Positions 1 to 9,596 are shown, numbered from the stretch's first letter. The stretch is DNA of 64,000 bases from Candidatus Dormiibacterota bacterium (GCA_027313505.1 DAHVDN010000012.1:1267-65266); one strand, 5' to 3'. Notes: a model not told the origin generated them from the letters alone. Program-made: numbers and translations.

Positions 1-198
1 CTTCTTCGCACACTGGACCTGCCATATCCGGGAAACAGCCTGCTTTTTGGCCACGGACATATTCTGCGGGCGGTGGCGGCCGCCTATCTCGGGGTGCCAG
101 TGACGTTCTGCCGGCACCTGATTCTCAAGGTGGCATCCATATCGGTCCTCGACGAGGAGCATGGCCAACCGGCGATCGCCAGCTGGGACCTTGTCTGA
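1..198 (+). CDS. Histidine phosphatase (phosphoglycerate mutase-like) family protein, 3' part only
   Basis: Frame 1 translates to ...SLLFGHGHILRAVAAAYLG...LKVASISVLDEEHGQPAIASWDLV*, the typical C-terminal half of this family. Runs off the window start. Confidence 0.8.
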   Translation, partial: LLRTLDLPYPGNSLLFGHGHILRAVAAAYLGVPVTFCRHLILKVASISVLDEEHGQPAIASWDLV

Positions 199-207
199 CT
201 CCCGAAC

Positions 208-1182
208 TCAGGCGAGTCGAGGCTGCCGTACGAGCCTGTCCATCAGCACCGGGTGGTTGCCAAGCTCGCCGGCTGCCCGCGCCACCGCGAACTCGTAGAC
301 CGGAGAGACTCTAATGGCCCTGGGCAGCAACGCCTTGGTCGACCGCAGCCAGAGGCGCAGGGCTTGGTGGGCGGCCTGGTGAATCGGCGTCCACCGGATC
401 CGGTAGTGCCGGCGCACCACCTCCGGAAGCAGCCCGGCGGTTATGAATCCAGTTAGCTCGGCCAGCCCTCTGGGTCCCTGGAGCCCAAGCCTCGGGACCA
501 GGATGACGTCGGCAACCCGCCGTGAGCCAGCGCCCGGCAGGGCGACGCCAGCCTCAATCTGGGAGTCTATCCACCCCCTCATTGCCGCCACGCTGGTCCA
601 ACCCGAACCTTCCGGCAGTCCCATTATCTGGACCACGGCATCCCACTCGCGGACGAATCGGTCTCGCTGCCTGTCACTGAGGCCGCCAATCATCTTGTCG
701 TGAGTGTCCAACATCGCGTCCACCAATGAGGCGTGGACCCAGAGGATCAGATCTCTATCGTTCGCCTGATACGCACTTCCCGAGCCCCACGCGGCGGTCG
801 AGTGCTCCTCCGGGAGGGTCCCCTGAACTCGCCGGTGCATGCGATTGACCTCGCGGGTGGCCGCCAGCGCCTCCTCACTAGTTCCGAAGACGACGCTGGT
901 GACCCAGGCCACGGTGCGCTGGAAGCGCCCCACGGGGTCGGAGGTGAAGTCACTGTGGTCCAGTGCCCCCTGCGCGACCAGTGGGTGTGCCACCTGCATC
1001 AGCAGTGCCCGAGACGCTCCCAACAGGAGCATCGGCTCGCGCATCACCCGCCAGGTGACACTGCTGGGGCCGAAGAGGCCTGGGTCCAGCGATGTGTCCG
1101 ATATAGGGAACGGTCCGGGAGGCGGCAGGCCGGCCGCCAGCATCCAGAGCATGTCAGAGCGTGATGGAACCTTGAACTGCAT
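208..1182 (-). CDS. Oxygenase MpaB family protein (DUF2236)
   Basis: FGPSSVTWRV, RALLMQVAHPLVAQGALDHSDF, VNRMHRRVQG and YQANDRDLILWVHASL motifs. Confidence 0.9.
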   Translation of the reverse strand: MQFKVPSRSDMLWMLAAGLPPPGPFPISDTSLDPGLFGPSSVTWRVMREPMLLLGASRALLMQVAHPLVAQGALDHSDFTSDPVGRFQRTVAWVTSVVFGTSEEALAATREVNRMHRRVQGTLPEEHSTAAWGSGSAYQANDRDLILWVHASLVDAMLDTHDKMIGGLSDRQRDRFVREWDAVVQIMGLPEGSGWTSVAAMRGWIDSQIEAGVALPGAGSRRVADVILVPRLGLQGPRGLAELTGFITAGLLPEVVRRHYRIRWTPIHQAAHQALRLWLRSTKALLPRAIRVSPVYEFAVARAAGELGNHPVLMDRLVRQPRLA

Positions 1183-1293
1183 CTTTCCAGAGTATCCCGA
1201 CGACGTGGGTTAGGACCGCCGGCGATCTCGGCGTCGACGGGTGGGATTCCCCCTTGGTTGACGGCCGCACTCTCTCCACTTATGGTCTCCCCA

Positions 1294-1788
1294 ATGCCCG
1301 ACGACGCCATATCTTCACTTCTCGACCCATTCCGCTTCCTGCTCGGGCTCTGGTCGGGCTCGGGTGTGGGCATGTGGAACCCAAAGAGTCCTTTTCGATA
1401 TCGTGAGGAGCTGCTTTTGGAGGCGGTCCCGGAGCGTGCTCTGGTTCACCTTCAGCAGCGGACCGTCGAGGCTGTGACCGGCAAGCTGAGCCACTCCGAG
1501 CAGGGGTTCTTGCGCCTCTTCCCGGCCGGTGAGGCCGAACTGGTGGTCGCCGTGCCTGCAGGATACACCGAGATCCATCAGGGCCGGGTCGAGGGAGCGC
1601 TACTGCGGCTCGACCTGATCAGCATCGCGGCTTCCCCAAGGTCGCGCCCTCTTGGGCGCACGGAGCGGCGTCTCGAGCTTCGAGCGGGCCAGCTTCACAA
1701 CTCAGTCGGGATAGCGGTGGGGGGAGGCCCGGTGGTGGCACACGTGGCTTCAGCGTTGAACCGGGTTTCAGGTTCCGGCGCTCCGTGA
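1294..1788 (+). CDS. Nitrobindin/FABP-like heme-binding beta-barrel protein (DUF1794)
   Basis: FLLGLWSGSGVG, YREEL, HSEQGFLR and a C-terminal His (VAHVASAL). ATG 1294 chosen because TATGGT lies 7 nt upstream. Confidence 0.8.
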   Translation: MPDDAISSLLDPFRFLLGLWSGSGVGMWNPKSPFRYREELLLEAVPERALVHLQQRTVEAVTGKLSHSEQGFLRLFPAGEAELVVAVPAGYTEIHQGRVEGALLRLDLISIAASPRSRPLGRTERRLELRAGQLHNSVGIAVGGGPVVAHVASALNRVSGSGAP

Positions 1789-1795
1789 CCGCCAG

Positions 1796-3091
1796 GTGAC
1801 CGACCGAGAGCGCTGGGCCGAGGGTCGTCCGAGATCCGAACCGGCGAGGGCTGAGGCGATGGCGCTGGACACGGTGGACCCGATCGCCTGGGCTCGTCCT
1901 CTCTTCCAAATCGACGACGACGCGCCGATCTACCTGGATGGGAATTCCCTAGGGATGCTGCCTCGGAGATCTTTGGAGCGGGTCACGGAGGTCGTCACCG
2001 AGGAATGGGGCAGGCGACTGGTACGGTCCTGGGGCTCATGGGTTGACCTTCCCACCGACGTCGGGGATCTGTTGGCAACCCACCTCCTGGGGGCCGCCCC
2101 GGGCCAGACGGTGGTCAGCGACGCGACCACCGTGAATCTGTACAAGCTGGCCAGCGCTGCCCTGGACGCCCGTCCTGGACGTTCGGTCGTCGTCTCTGAC
2201 CGCGCCAATTTCCCAACTGACCGCTACCTGCTGCAGGGTCTGGCCCAGGCGCGTGGGATGGAGCTTCGCTTGGTCGACTTCCCGGATTTGGGGGGCCCCG
2301 ATCCCAGCCTGTTGCGCCCACATCTGGGCACGGAAACGGCCCTGGTCAGCCTCTCCCACGTGGACTATCGATCCGGAGCGCTGGCGGACATGGGTGCCAT
2401 CAATGAGCTCATCCACGCCTCGGGGGCGCTGAGCCTCTGGGACCTGTGCCACTCAGTGGGAGCTGTTCCCATCGAGCTGGATAGGACTGAGACCGATCTG
2501 GCCGCCGGTTGCACCTACAAGTACCTCAACGGAGGCCCCGGTTCCCCCGCGTTCCTCTACGTTCGCCAGGAGCTGCAAAGGTCCCTGCGCCAGCCGATCT
2601 GGGGCTGGTTCGGGCAGGCCGATCAGTTCGCCATGGGGCAGGGATACAATCCGCTGCCCTCGATCGCGAGGTTTCAGACCGGTTCTCCATCGATCGTCGG
2701 GATAGCCCTGGTGGAGGCGGGGACCGGTTTGCTGGCCGAAATCGGGATTGAGGCGATTCGCGCCAAGAGCTTGGAGCTCACCTCCTTCCTGATCGACCTC
2801 TACGACAGTTGGCTGGCCCCGTTGGGCCTAGAGTTGGCGACCCCAAGGGATCCGGCGAGGCGGGGGTCCCAGGTCTGCCTTCGCCACCCCGATGCCTATC
2901 GAATCTGCCGGGTGTTGGTCAGTGAGGCAGCCGTCATAGCGGACTTTCGGGCACCAGACCGGCTCCGTTTCGGTTGCGCCGCGCCGACGACCAGGTTTGT
3001 GGATGTGTACGACGCGATGCTGCGCTTGCGAAAGGTAGTGCAGGGCGGCCAGTACATGAGCATCGACCCGGAACCGGAACAGGTCACCTGA
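1796..3091 (+). CDS. kynU: Kynureninase
   Basis: IYLDGNSLG, NFPTDRY, WDLCHSVGA, GCTYKYLNGGPGSP (PLP lysine), RRGSQV, DFRAPDRLRFG. Confidence 0.95.
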   Translation: MTDRERWAEGRPRSEPARAEAMALDTVDPIAWARPLFQIDDDAPIYLDGNSLGMLPRRSLERVTEVVTEEWGRRLVRSWGSWVDLPTDVGDLLATHLLGAAPGQTVVSDATTVNLYKLASAALDARPGRSVVVSDRANFPTDRYLLQGLAQARGMELRLVDFPDLGGPDPSLLRPHLGTETALVSLSHVDYRSGALADMGAINELIHASGALSLWDLCHSVGAVPIELDRTETDLAAGCTYKYLNGGPGSPAFLYVRQELQRSLRQPIWGWFGQADQFAMGQGYNPLPSIARFQTGSPSIVGIALVEAGTGLLAEIGIEAIRAKSLELTSFLIDLYDSWLAPLGLELATPRDPARRGSQVCLRHPDAYRICRVLVSEAAVIADFRAPDRLRFGCAAPTTRFVDVYDAMLRLRKVVQGGQYMSIDPEPEQVT

Positions 3092-3097
3092 GACCCC

Positions 3098-4915
3098 TCA
3101 GTCGCCTTGGTGCAGCCCCAAAACCGATGCCAGAAAAGCGATGGTTTGCTCGGTGAGCCGGACATCTTGCTTCAGCACCATCACGCTGTGCCCAGCGGGG
3201 TAGTGATGAAACACGACATTCTTACCGAGTTCTCGCAACCGCTGCACGTAGACCTCGACTTGGTGATACGGACAGCGGCTGTCGTTTTCGCCAGCCTGGA
3301 TCAGCAGGGGGGCTAGAACTCGATCCGCGTAGGTGATCGGTGACCGCTCCCGGTACAGAGCCGGTCGCTCAGACGGGTCACCTTTGAAAAGCGCTCGGTC
3401 CATCGCCTTGAGGGGCTGAGACTCCTCCTCAAATGCCAGGACGTAGTCTGCAACCGGCACCCTAGCCACCCCGGCGGCGAACAGCTCCGGGTGAAGGCCA
3501 AGGCCAAGTAAGGTTATGTAGCCACCCCAAGAAGCTCCCATCAGAACCACTCGCGCGGGGTCGGCAAGGCCGCGGGCCACCAGATCCGCCACCCCATGGG
3601 CCACATCCTCAACCTCAGGAAAGCCAGGATCGCCGATGAGCTGGTCCATCTGGAAGCTTCCGTACCCAGTGCTACCGCGGTAGTTGGGGGCGGCCACCAT
3701 GAGCCCCAGGTCCACCAGCGCCGCCATCGACGGCCTGTAGGAGTCGTCCACATGCGAATGTGGCCCGCCGTGGACCCAGATCACGGTTGGGTGCGGACCG
3801 GGGCCTGGGGGTCTGGCGATGAAGCCATGGAGCATCTGCCCATCCGTTGTCGGGAATCGCCAATTGGTCAGCGCGGTCGCCCTGGGAGGGCGAGGACCAG
3901 GAAGCTTCACCACCTCTCGCTCGGCGGGAAGCTCTAGAGCCCTGGGCACCCGGGCGGCACTTCCGCACAGTGCCCAGACGTTTCCATCGGGTCTAAGCCG
4001 GGCCGCGCTCACAGTCCCGGACGGCGATTGAACTTTGGACACCTGCCCACCCTCTAGCTCCAGCATCCAAAGCCGATGCCGGCCGTCGAGCAGCTGGCGG
4101 AGGAGCAATGCCCTCCCATCCGCTGCCCAGTCCATCGCTTCGAGCTCCCCGTGGAGGCCGGTGGCCAGCCGCTTGAACTCATCTCGCCTCGGCCACCAGA
4201 GAGCCGGCCGAAGGTGGCCCGACTGGTCCTCATTGACCGCAATGCAGGGGTCGCCCGGAGTGGGACGGAAGCCGGCGATCGATCCCAGGTGCCGTTGGCT
4301 GTTCGAGGGAAGCAGTCCAACCAGACTCCCGTCCTCCGCTCCCAGAACCCGAAGGTCGGGGTGGAGGGTGTCCCCCCGCTCTGAGCACGCCAACAGCGCG
4401 TAACGGTCGTCTCCGGAGAGCGCCAGAACGAACGCCTCTTCCTCGCGATGATAGATTCGGCGGGTTTTACGAGCTGCGCTGAGCGAGGTGGTGATGACCG
4501 TGAAACCGGCCTCATCGGCCAGCCCAACCAAGATGAGTTGTCCCCCCCAGGCGAAGCCGGAAGCCCAGCCGGGTGCCGCCTCGGGCAGTAGCTGGCTGGA
4601 CTTCCCGGTGGTGAAGGGGGCAGCCATCCACACGCCCCGCTCGTCCCCGGTTTCGTCCTCGAACCAGACGACCGTCTCGCCGTCCGGACTGATGTCGATG
4701 CTTCGGGTCCCAATCGCACCGGAGGTCACCTGCTGATGGGAGCGCCTCCCGAGCTCCACCTTCCAGCCCTGCCAGCTACCACCTCTGGAGGAGCTGTACA
4801 CCAGCCGCTGTGGTCGCTCACGAGACCAGCGGGGCAGCTCCATCTGCGGTCGAAGGAAGCGCCCCGGCCATCGCCCTCTGCCCACCGCCCGAAACTCTTC
4901 GGGAGTCGATACCAT
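3098..4915 (-). CDS. S9 family (prolyl oligopeptidase/acylaminoacyl) peptidase
   Basis: Propeller-like N-terminus, VHGGPH, NYRGSTGYG, nucleophile GASWGG, GENDSRC (Asp), AGH (His). Start moved to ATG 4915, which has GGAGG upstream. Confidence 0.9.
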   Translation of the reverse strand: MVSTPEEFRAVGRGRWPGRFLRPQMELPRWSRERPQRLVYSSSRGGSWQGWKVELGRRSHQQVTSGAIGTRSIDISPDGETVVWFEDETGDERGVWMAAPFTTGKSSQLLPEAAPGWASGFAWGGQLILVGLADEAGFTVITTSLSAARKTRRIYHREEEAFVLALSGDDRYALLACSERGDTLHPDLRVLGAEDGSLVGLLPSNSQRHLGSIAGFRPTPGDPCIAVNEDQSGHLRPALWWPRRDEFKRLATGLHGELEAMDWAADGRALLLRQLLDGRHRLWMLELEGGQVSKVQSPSGTVSAARLRPDGNVWALCGSAARVPRALELPAEREVVKLPGPRPPRATALTNWRFPTTDGQMLHGFIARPPGPGPHPTVIWVHGGPHSHVDDSYRPSMAALVDLGLMVAAPNYRGSTGYGSFQMDQLIGDPGFPEVEDVAHGVADLVARGLADPARVVLMGASWGGYITLLGLGLHPELFAAGVARVPVADYVLAFEEESQPLKAMDRALFKGDPSERPALYRERSPITYADRVLAPLLIQAGENDSRCPYHQVEVYVQRLRELGKNVVFHHYPAGHSVMVLKQDVRLTEQTIAFLASVLGLHQGD

Positions 4916-5003
4916 CAGCGAAAGTACCTCCCATGTGTGCCGACGGCGACTCCCTCCAGCGGGCGGTCCCTTCAGAGATCTTAGAGCGGCGGGCCCGGTC
5001 GGA

Positions 5004-5867
5004 TCAGGAGGAGACCGCTGCCCTGCGCGTCCGGCTGGGACGCCCCGAGAGCCAGACGAATCCACCCACGGCCGCCATTATGTAGACGATGTAGGCCACC
5101 ACTTGGAGGCCGGTGGGCCGAGCCGCGTAGCCCAAGAAGGTGTGGAGGATGTCACCGAGCGTCCCGGTTTCGCTGAGGACCAAAGAGGTGTTCCAAAGAG
5201 GATGGGTCAGCAGGGGCAGCCAGCCCAACTGCTGGAGATTCTCGATGGCATCCACCAGCAGCCCGGCCGCGAACAGCATCAGTAAGGTCCCCACAATTCG
5301 GAAGAACCGACCGAGATTCAGGCGGTGTCCCAGCCGGTAGATGGCCAAGGCGATGATCAGGGAAGCCAGCACCCCCAGCCCCGCACCTAGGGCGGCAGCC
5401 GGGACCGACGCGGCGAAGCTGGTACCGCCGGAGGAGGCGGCGAAAAAGATAGCCAGGGTGAAGACCACCGTCTCCAGCCCCTCCCGGCCCACCGCCTGAA
5501 AGGCCACCAGGCTAAGGCTCCAACGGGTCCTACTTCCCATCGCTGAGTCGGTTCTCGCCCTCAGCTCGGAAGAGAGGGATCGAGCGTGGGAGTGCATCCA
5601 GAAGGTCATGTAGGTGAGGACCCCACAAGCCAGCAGGAAGGTGGCCGTCTCGAAAATCGTCTGCACCCTCGAGCCCTCGTAGGTGTGGACGAGCAGAAAT
5701 GCCGCTGCCCCACCACCGAAGGCCAGGAGCAGAGCAGCGCCGACCCCAAGGTAGACGTCACGGAAATGGTCGCGGTGACCGCTGCGGGACAGGTAAGCCA
5801 GTAGGATCGCCACGATCATGCTTGCCTCAACACCTTCGCGCAGGAAAATGACGAAGGTGGGGAGCAA
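5004..5867 (-). CDS. FTR1/EfeU family iron permease
   Basis: Two REGxE motifs (FLREGVEA, VGREGLET), about 7 hydrophobic segments, C-terminal LHTFLGY. Confidence 0.92.
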   Translation of the reverse strand: MLPTFVIFLREGVEASMIVAILLAYLSRSGHRDHFRDVYLGVGAALLLAFGGGAAAFLLVHTYEGSRVQTIFETATFLLACGVLTYMTFWMHSHARSLSSELRARTDSAMGSRTRWSLSLVAFQAVGREGLETVVFTLAIFFAASSGGTSFAASVPAAALGAGLGVLASLIIALAIYRLGHRLNLGRFFRIVGTLLMLFAAGLLVDAIENLQQLGWLPLLTHPLWNTSLVLSETGTLGDILHTFLGYAARPTGLQVVAYIVYIMAAVGGFVWLSGRPSRTRRAAVSS

Positions 5868-5940
5868 CGTGCGATCCTCCTCGAGTGGGGTCGAGTCAAT
5901 CTCGGCGGTGGCTGTCGTTTAGCCTCGACTCAGACTGCGG

Positions 5941-5954
5941 TTAGTAGGGGCTAA
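5941..5954. promoter_or_regulatory. Candidate DtxR/MntR-family operator (TTAG-N6-CTAA)
   Basis: TTAGTAGGGGCTAA inverted repeat between the divergent permease and DtxR-family regulator genes. Confidence 0.55.
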
Positions 5955-5973
5955 GCCTATGGGAGCTAAATAA

Positions 5974-6696
5974 GTGTCGTCAAGTCGGAATACCGCTCAC
6001 GATCTCTCCCCGGTCTCCTCGCGGTATCTGGAAGCGATCTACTACATGACCCATGAGGGCGAGTCCGTGAGACCCTCCAGGCTGGCTGAGTGGTTGGGGG
6101 TGAGCGCTCCTACGGTGACCGGGGTGGTTCAGCGGTTGCGCGACGAGGGCCTCCTTCACGTCCGAACGGATCGCAGCATCGCGTTGAGCGAGACCGGGGA
6201 TGCCGAGGCTGGCGCGATAGTGCGCAGGCATCGCATCGTGGAGTGCTGGCTGGCGGATGACATCGGGCTGGACTGGGCCGCCGCCGATCTCGAGGCCGGT
6301 AGGATCGCCCACTTTTTTTCCGACGACCTGGTTCTGCGGATCTTCGCTCGATTGGGCCGGCCCGGCACCTGCCCCCACGGCAACGAGATTCCAGGGGTCC
6401 AGTCCAGGAAGCGCCGACTGGTGAGCTTGGCGGAGCTCAGCCCGAATGTCGTAGCCCCGATAGCGCGCATATCCGAGGTGGCGGAGCATGAGGCTCCGCA
6501 GCTGCTCCGCCTTCTGGATCGGGAGGGGTTGCATTTGGGAGAGCTGGTATCTGTAAAGCGGTCCCCGGGGGCGGACGCGGTGACGGTGATCAGGGGTAGC
6601 CGGCAGACGGCCTTGGGGATGGGCGCAGCACAGTCAGTGTGGGTCGACCTCAGTCACGCTCCTCGGGCGGCTCATACGGATCGTGCAGCTGTTTGA
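5974..6696 (+). CDS. DtxR/MntR/IdeR family metal-dependent repressor with FeoA-like C-terminal domain
   Basis: YLEAIY, HTH LAEWLGVSAPTVT, VRRHRIVECWL, PGTCPHGNEIP. Confidence 0.93.
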   Translation: MSSSRNTAHDLSPVSSRYLEAIYYMTHEGESVRPSRLAEWLGVSAPTVTGVVQRLRDEGLLHVRTDRSIALSETGDAEAGAIVRRHRIVECWLADDIGLDWAAADLEAGRIAHFFSDDLVLRIFARLGRPGTCPHGNEIPGVQSRKRRLVSLAELSPNVVAPIARISEVAEHEAPQLLRLLDREGLHLGELVSVKRSPGADAVTVIRGSRQTALGMGAAQSVWVDLSHAPRAAHTDRAAV

Positions 6697-6973
6697 GAAA
6701 GGCGTCGTACTCCTTTTCGGAGAGCCACTCCGCGCTCCTCAACTCACCACTGCTCAACCAGCCTAAGCTCATCGCGGCAGCCCCTCCCAAAAGCACGAAG
6801 GCGGCCAGGTTTGGGAGCGAGAAGGTTCTGGTGAGCAAGGGGACCACAACCAATGTCACCGCCACCACGCCATAGACCAGCCAGACCACCTTCTCGGTCC
6901 TGGTGAACCGCGGCACCGGTGGGATCGCAGTCGGCGGTGACTGCTCTGGCTCCCGGTCCCCCTCCATCATCAC
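6650..6973 (-). CDS. Small hypothetical membrane protein (2 TM)
   Basis: 107-aa ORF with two hydrophobic helices and an acidic tail, filling the gap between confident genes. Confidence 0.55.
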   Translation of the reverse strand: MMMEGDREPEQSPPTAIPPVPRFTRTEKVVWLVYGVVAVTLVVVPLLTRTFSLPNLAAFVLLGGAAAMSLGWLSSGELRSAEWLSEKEYDAFLKQLHDPYEPPEERD

Positions 6974-7081
6974 TGGCGCATCCTATCTGGCCAGGCCTTC
7001 TAAGCGTCGTCGGCCGACGATCCGGAGGTGCGGCCCATTCAGGCTTCAGCCCCGCCCGATTCTTGAATTGCCATGTGGAAA

Positions 7082-7110
7082 TTGACATATTGATAGTTCG
7101 ACGCTATAAA
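7082..7110 (+). promoter_or_regulatory. Sigma-70/sigma-A promoter (TTGACA-N17-TATAAA)
   Basis: Near-consensus -35 (7082-7087) and -10 (7105-7110); ATG 7117 follows 6 nt later, suggesting a leaderless transcript. Confidence 0.85.
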
Positions 7111-7116
7111 TTGTGC

Positions 7117-7893
7117 ATGATAAAGGAAGACATGATGCGCGAATTGCTCCGCCGGGTGGCCGCTGGAGAGATCAGCCCGGAGGAGGCGACAGAGCGTATA
7201 GCGGCTCTCCAGAGGACCGCGGTGGCCGACGACGAGGCTCCGGTCAGGCGGGTCAAGGTGACCGGGCTGATCCATCCCACCAAGATCGTGGGGGACGACC
7301 AGGTTCGCGATGTGACGGTGCAGGGTCCTCATCGGGCGGCACGTGAGGGCGACTCGATGGTGGTCCGGGGCATGCCACTCGGCGAAGAGGGAGGGTGGTT
7401 CTCCTTTCGCTGGCCGGAGAAGCTTCCCTTTGGGAGTGGATCCGCGGAGAATCCGCTTCGACCGGTGCTCATCCGCATGAACCCGAAACTGCCCCTGGAG
7501 GTGGAGATGGCGGCCGGCCTGCTCACCGTGGAAGGGATCAAAGGGCCGATCAAGGCTGACATCCAGGCCGGGAGTGCCAGGGTAGAGGGGTTTTCCGAAG
7601 CGATCGACCTCAACGTGACATGGGGGACTGTGTCGGTGCGGGGTCTGCTGAATCAGGGCGCGTCCAGGATTCGCTGTGAGGCAGGGACTGTCAAGGTGCG
7701 CCTGGAGCGGGGCTCGAGCGTGCGCGTGGTGGCCCGAAGTACCCTCGGCAAGATATCTCTCCCCGGAGATGGCGCGGGCCTCGCCGAAGGTTGGACCATG
7801 GGAGGCGACCTGCGCGAGGCGACGATTGGTGAAGGGGCGGGGCACTTGGAGATTGATGCGACCACCGGGGCGGTTTGGGTGGAGGAGGTTTGA
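7117..7893 (+). CDS. SHOCT-like N-terminus plus DUF4097/adhesin-like beta-repeat protein
   Basis: LLRRVAAGEISPEEA (SHOCT-like) then repeated beta units (VEMAAGLLTV, ADIQAGSARV, LNVTWGTVSV, IRCEAGTVKV). Confidence 0.75.
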   Translation: MIKEDMMRELLRRVAAGEISPEEATERIAALQRTAVADDEAPVRRVKVTGLIHPTKIVGDDQVRDVTVQGPHRAAREGDSMVVRGMPLGEEGGWFSFRWPEKLPFGSGSAENPLRPVLIRMNPKLPLEVEMAAGLLTVEGIKGPIKADIQAGSARVEGFSEAIDLNVTWGTVSVRGLLNQGASRIRCEAGTVKVRLERGSSVRVVARSTLGKISLPGDGAGLAEGWTMGGDLREATIGEGAGHLEIDATTGAVWVEEV

Positions 7894-8264
7894 GCGACCA
7901 CAGGCCACCACGCAGCTGCCCAGTATGTGGTGAGACCCTTCATCTGACCAGGCTCAGCTGCCAGGGTTGTGGCACAGAGCTCACCGGTGACTTTGAGAAC
8001 TGTGAGTTCTGTTCGCTGCGCAAGGACGAGCTGGAGGTGCTGAAGATCTTCCTCTCCTCTCGGGGGAACATGAAGGCTTTGGAACGTCAGCTGGGGGTCA
8101 GCTATCCAACTGCGCGAGCACGCTTGGATACTGTGCTGTCCCACCTCGGGATGGAAGCGACAGGAGCTCAACCGGTCGAGAACCCTCTCGAGCTACTGCG
8201 GGCGCTGGCCAGGGGCGAACTGGACCTCGGCGAAGCCGCGGAGCGCCTGACACATCTCGGATAG
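7890..8264 (+). CDS. DUF2089 family protein (zinc ribbon + HTH)
   Basis: CPVCG...CQGCG zinc ribbon, FLSSRGNMKALERQLGVSYPTARARLD. TTG start overlaps the upstream stop with GGAGGAGG upstream. Confidence 0.88.
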   Translation: MSDHRPPRSCPVCGETLHLTRLSCQGCGTELTGDFENCEFCSLRKDELEVLKIFLSSRGNMKALERQLGVSYPTARARLDTVLSHLGMEATGAQPVENPLELLRALARGELDLGEAAERLTHLG

Positions 8265-8279
8265 GCCGGTTCGTGGCAC

Positions 8280-9014
8280 TCAGCGGAAGCCGTAGAGCCC
8301 TTCGTGAAAATCGCCGGTGGTGGACCAGCGCTGGATGACCCGGTCGACGACCTCGTCGTCGACCACCTCGACTCCGAGTTGGCGGGCGTTGCCCTCGACC
8401 GCCTCCAGAACCTGTCCCTTGACGAAGTCTGGGACCTGGTCGAAGCGGCTCCTGGCCGAATCTGTCCATTCCAGCTCCGGGCCCCCGCGAGCCTGGATCC
8501 GGTGGGAGACTTCGCCCCACATCTGGTACTTGATCTCCATGATCTCCGGGGTTATGGTGGTGCCGAGATCCTTTTTGTGGGCGGTCCACTCCACCCGCCA
8601 CCGAGTCAGCTCCCGGCAGAACTCGGGGACCTCAGCCAGACGTGCCTCCGCCTCGGCGGTCCAGGTGAAGGTCGGTAGGTTCCCGCGGTCGCTGAGGGGG
8701 TGGCCATACCCGAGCTTCTTACCCAGGCTCTCTATGAACTCGCTGCGGATCTCGGGCATTCCCTTGAGGGCAGCCCGCTGCTCCGCCACCTTCTCCGCCA
8801 TCTCCCGGGCTCGCTCAGGTCCCAGGTGGCTGCGTTCGGCTCCCTGTTGGGCACGCCGCATGGCCTCCACATGAGCGTCTAGGTTCCAACTAGGAGCCGA
8901 GGGGTCGTGGGGGACGGGGCAGACTCCACTTTCCACCGAGTCCCGGTCTTGGTTGGGTGAAGGACTGGTGCCTACCCCGGGGAATGGGCACCCTGGGGCG
9001 TCTTCAATTTCCAC
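8280..9014 (-). CDS. Protein with two PCP_red-like (BchB C-terminal type) domains and N-terminal Cys-Pro motifs
   Basis: WTAEAEARLAEVPEFCR and WTDSARSRFDQVPDFVKGQVLEAVEGNA repeats; GTG 9014 preceded by AGGAG. Confidence 0.75.
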   Translation of the reverse strand: MEIEDAPGCPFPGVGTSPSPNQDRDSVESGVCPVPHDPSAPSWNLDAHVEAMRRAQQGAERSHLGPERAREMAEKVAEQRAALKGMPEIRSEFIESLGKKLGYGHPLSDRGNLPTFTWTAEAEARLAEVPEFCRELTRWRVEWTAHKKDLGTTITPEIMEIKYQMWGEVSHRIQARGGPELEWTDSARSRFDQVPDFVKGQVLEAVEGNARQLGVEVVDDEVVDRVIQRWSTTGDFHEGLYGFR

Positions 9015-9555
9015 TGAAGGTCTCCTCATCCGCGCCCGGAATTTCCATGTCACAGCTCTGGCAGCTGTTGGGTCCGACGCCTGAGTTGGCCGCGGTGATC
9101 CGCTCCAGCGCCTCGCGAAGGGTTGTCATCTGCTCGGATTCTAGGACATCTCCGAAGTGGAGCTGGACCGAGCGCAGGTGGTCACAGGCGGCAGCCGTCA
9201 ACCGCTGTCGGCCAAGCTCCGTCAGCACCGCGAAGCTGCCCCTGGCGTCACTGGGACAGACCTCGCGCCGGACCAACCCCGAGGCCTCCAGCCGCTCCAC
9301 GAGCCGGGTCAGTCCGCTCCGGCTGAGCAGCACCCGGTCTGCCAGTTGAGCCATCCGGAGGCGCCCCTCGCCCGACGAACTCAGCTGGGCCAGGACGTCG
9401 TACTCAGCCAAGGGCAGGCGTTGGGCAGCTACCAACTCTCGCTCCAAGGCCCTGGTGAGGACGGTGTGTGCCTTCAGAAAGGCCTGCCAAGCGGCCATCG
9501 TCTCCGGGCTCAGCCCATTTTCGTTCGCGGTGCGGTCTACCGGAGGTGCTTGCAC
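9004..9555 (-). CDS. MarR family transcriptional regulator (start uncertain)
   Basis: LAEYDVLAQL, LRMAQLADRVLLSRSGLTRLVERLE, DARGSFAVLTELG. Confidence 0.92.
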   Translation of the reverse strand: MQAPPVDRTANENGLSPETMAAWQAFLKAHTVLTRALERELVAAQRLPLAEYDVLAQLSSSGEGRLRMAQLADRVLLSRSGLTRLVERLEASGLVRREVCPSDARGSFAVLTELGRQRLTAAACDHLRSVQLHFGDVLESEQMTTLREALERITAANSGVGPNSCQSCDMEIPGADEETFSGN

Positions 9556-9596
9556 AAGCAAATAACCTTCCATTACGATATGATTGCGTAAGCAAT
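9550..9596. promoter_or_regulatory. Two TTGC-N4-GCAA palindromes, candidate MarR operators
   Basis: TTGCACAAGCAA (9550-9561) and ATTGCGTAAGCAAT (9583-9596) in the AT-rich marR/yceI divergent region. Confidence 0.6.

Noticed and set aside
8280-9014. PCP_red domains as evidence of photosynthesis
   Set aside because: Only the small C-terminal-type domain is present; there is no BchB/BchN/BchL catalytic part or other bch gene in the window.
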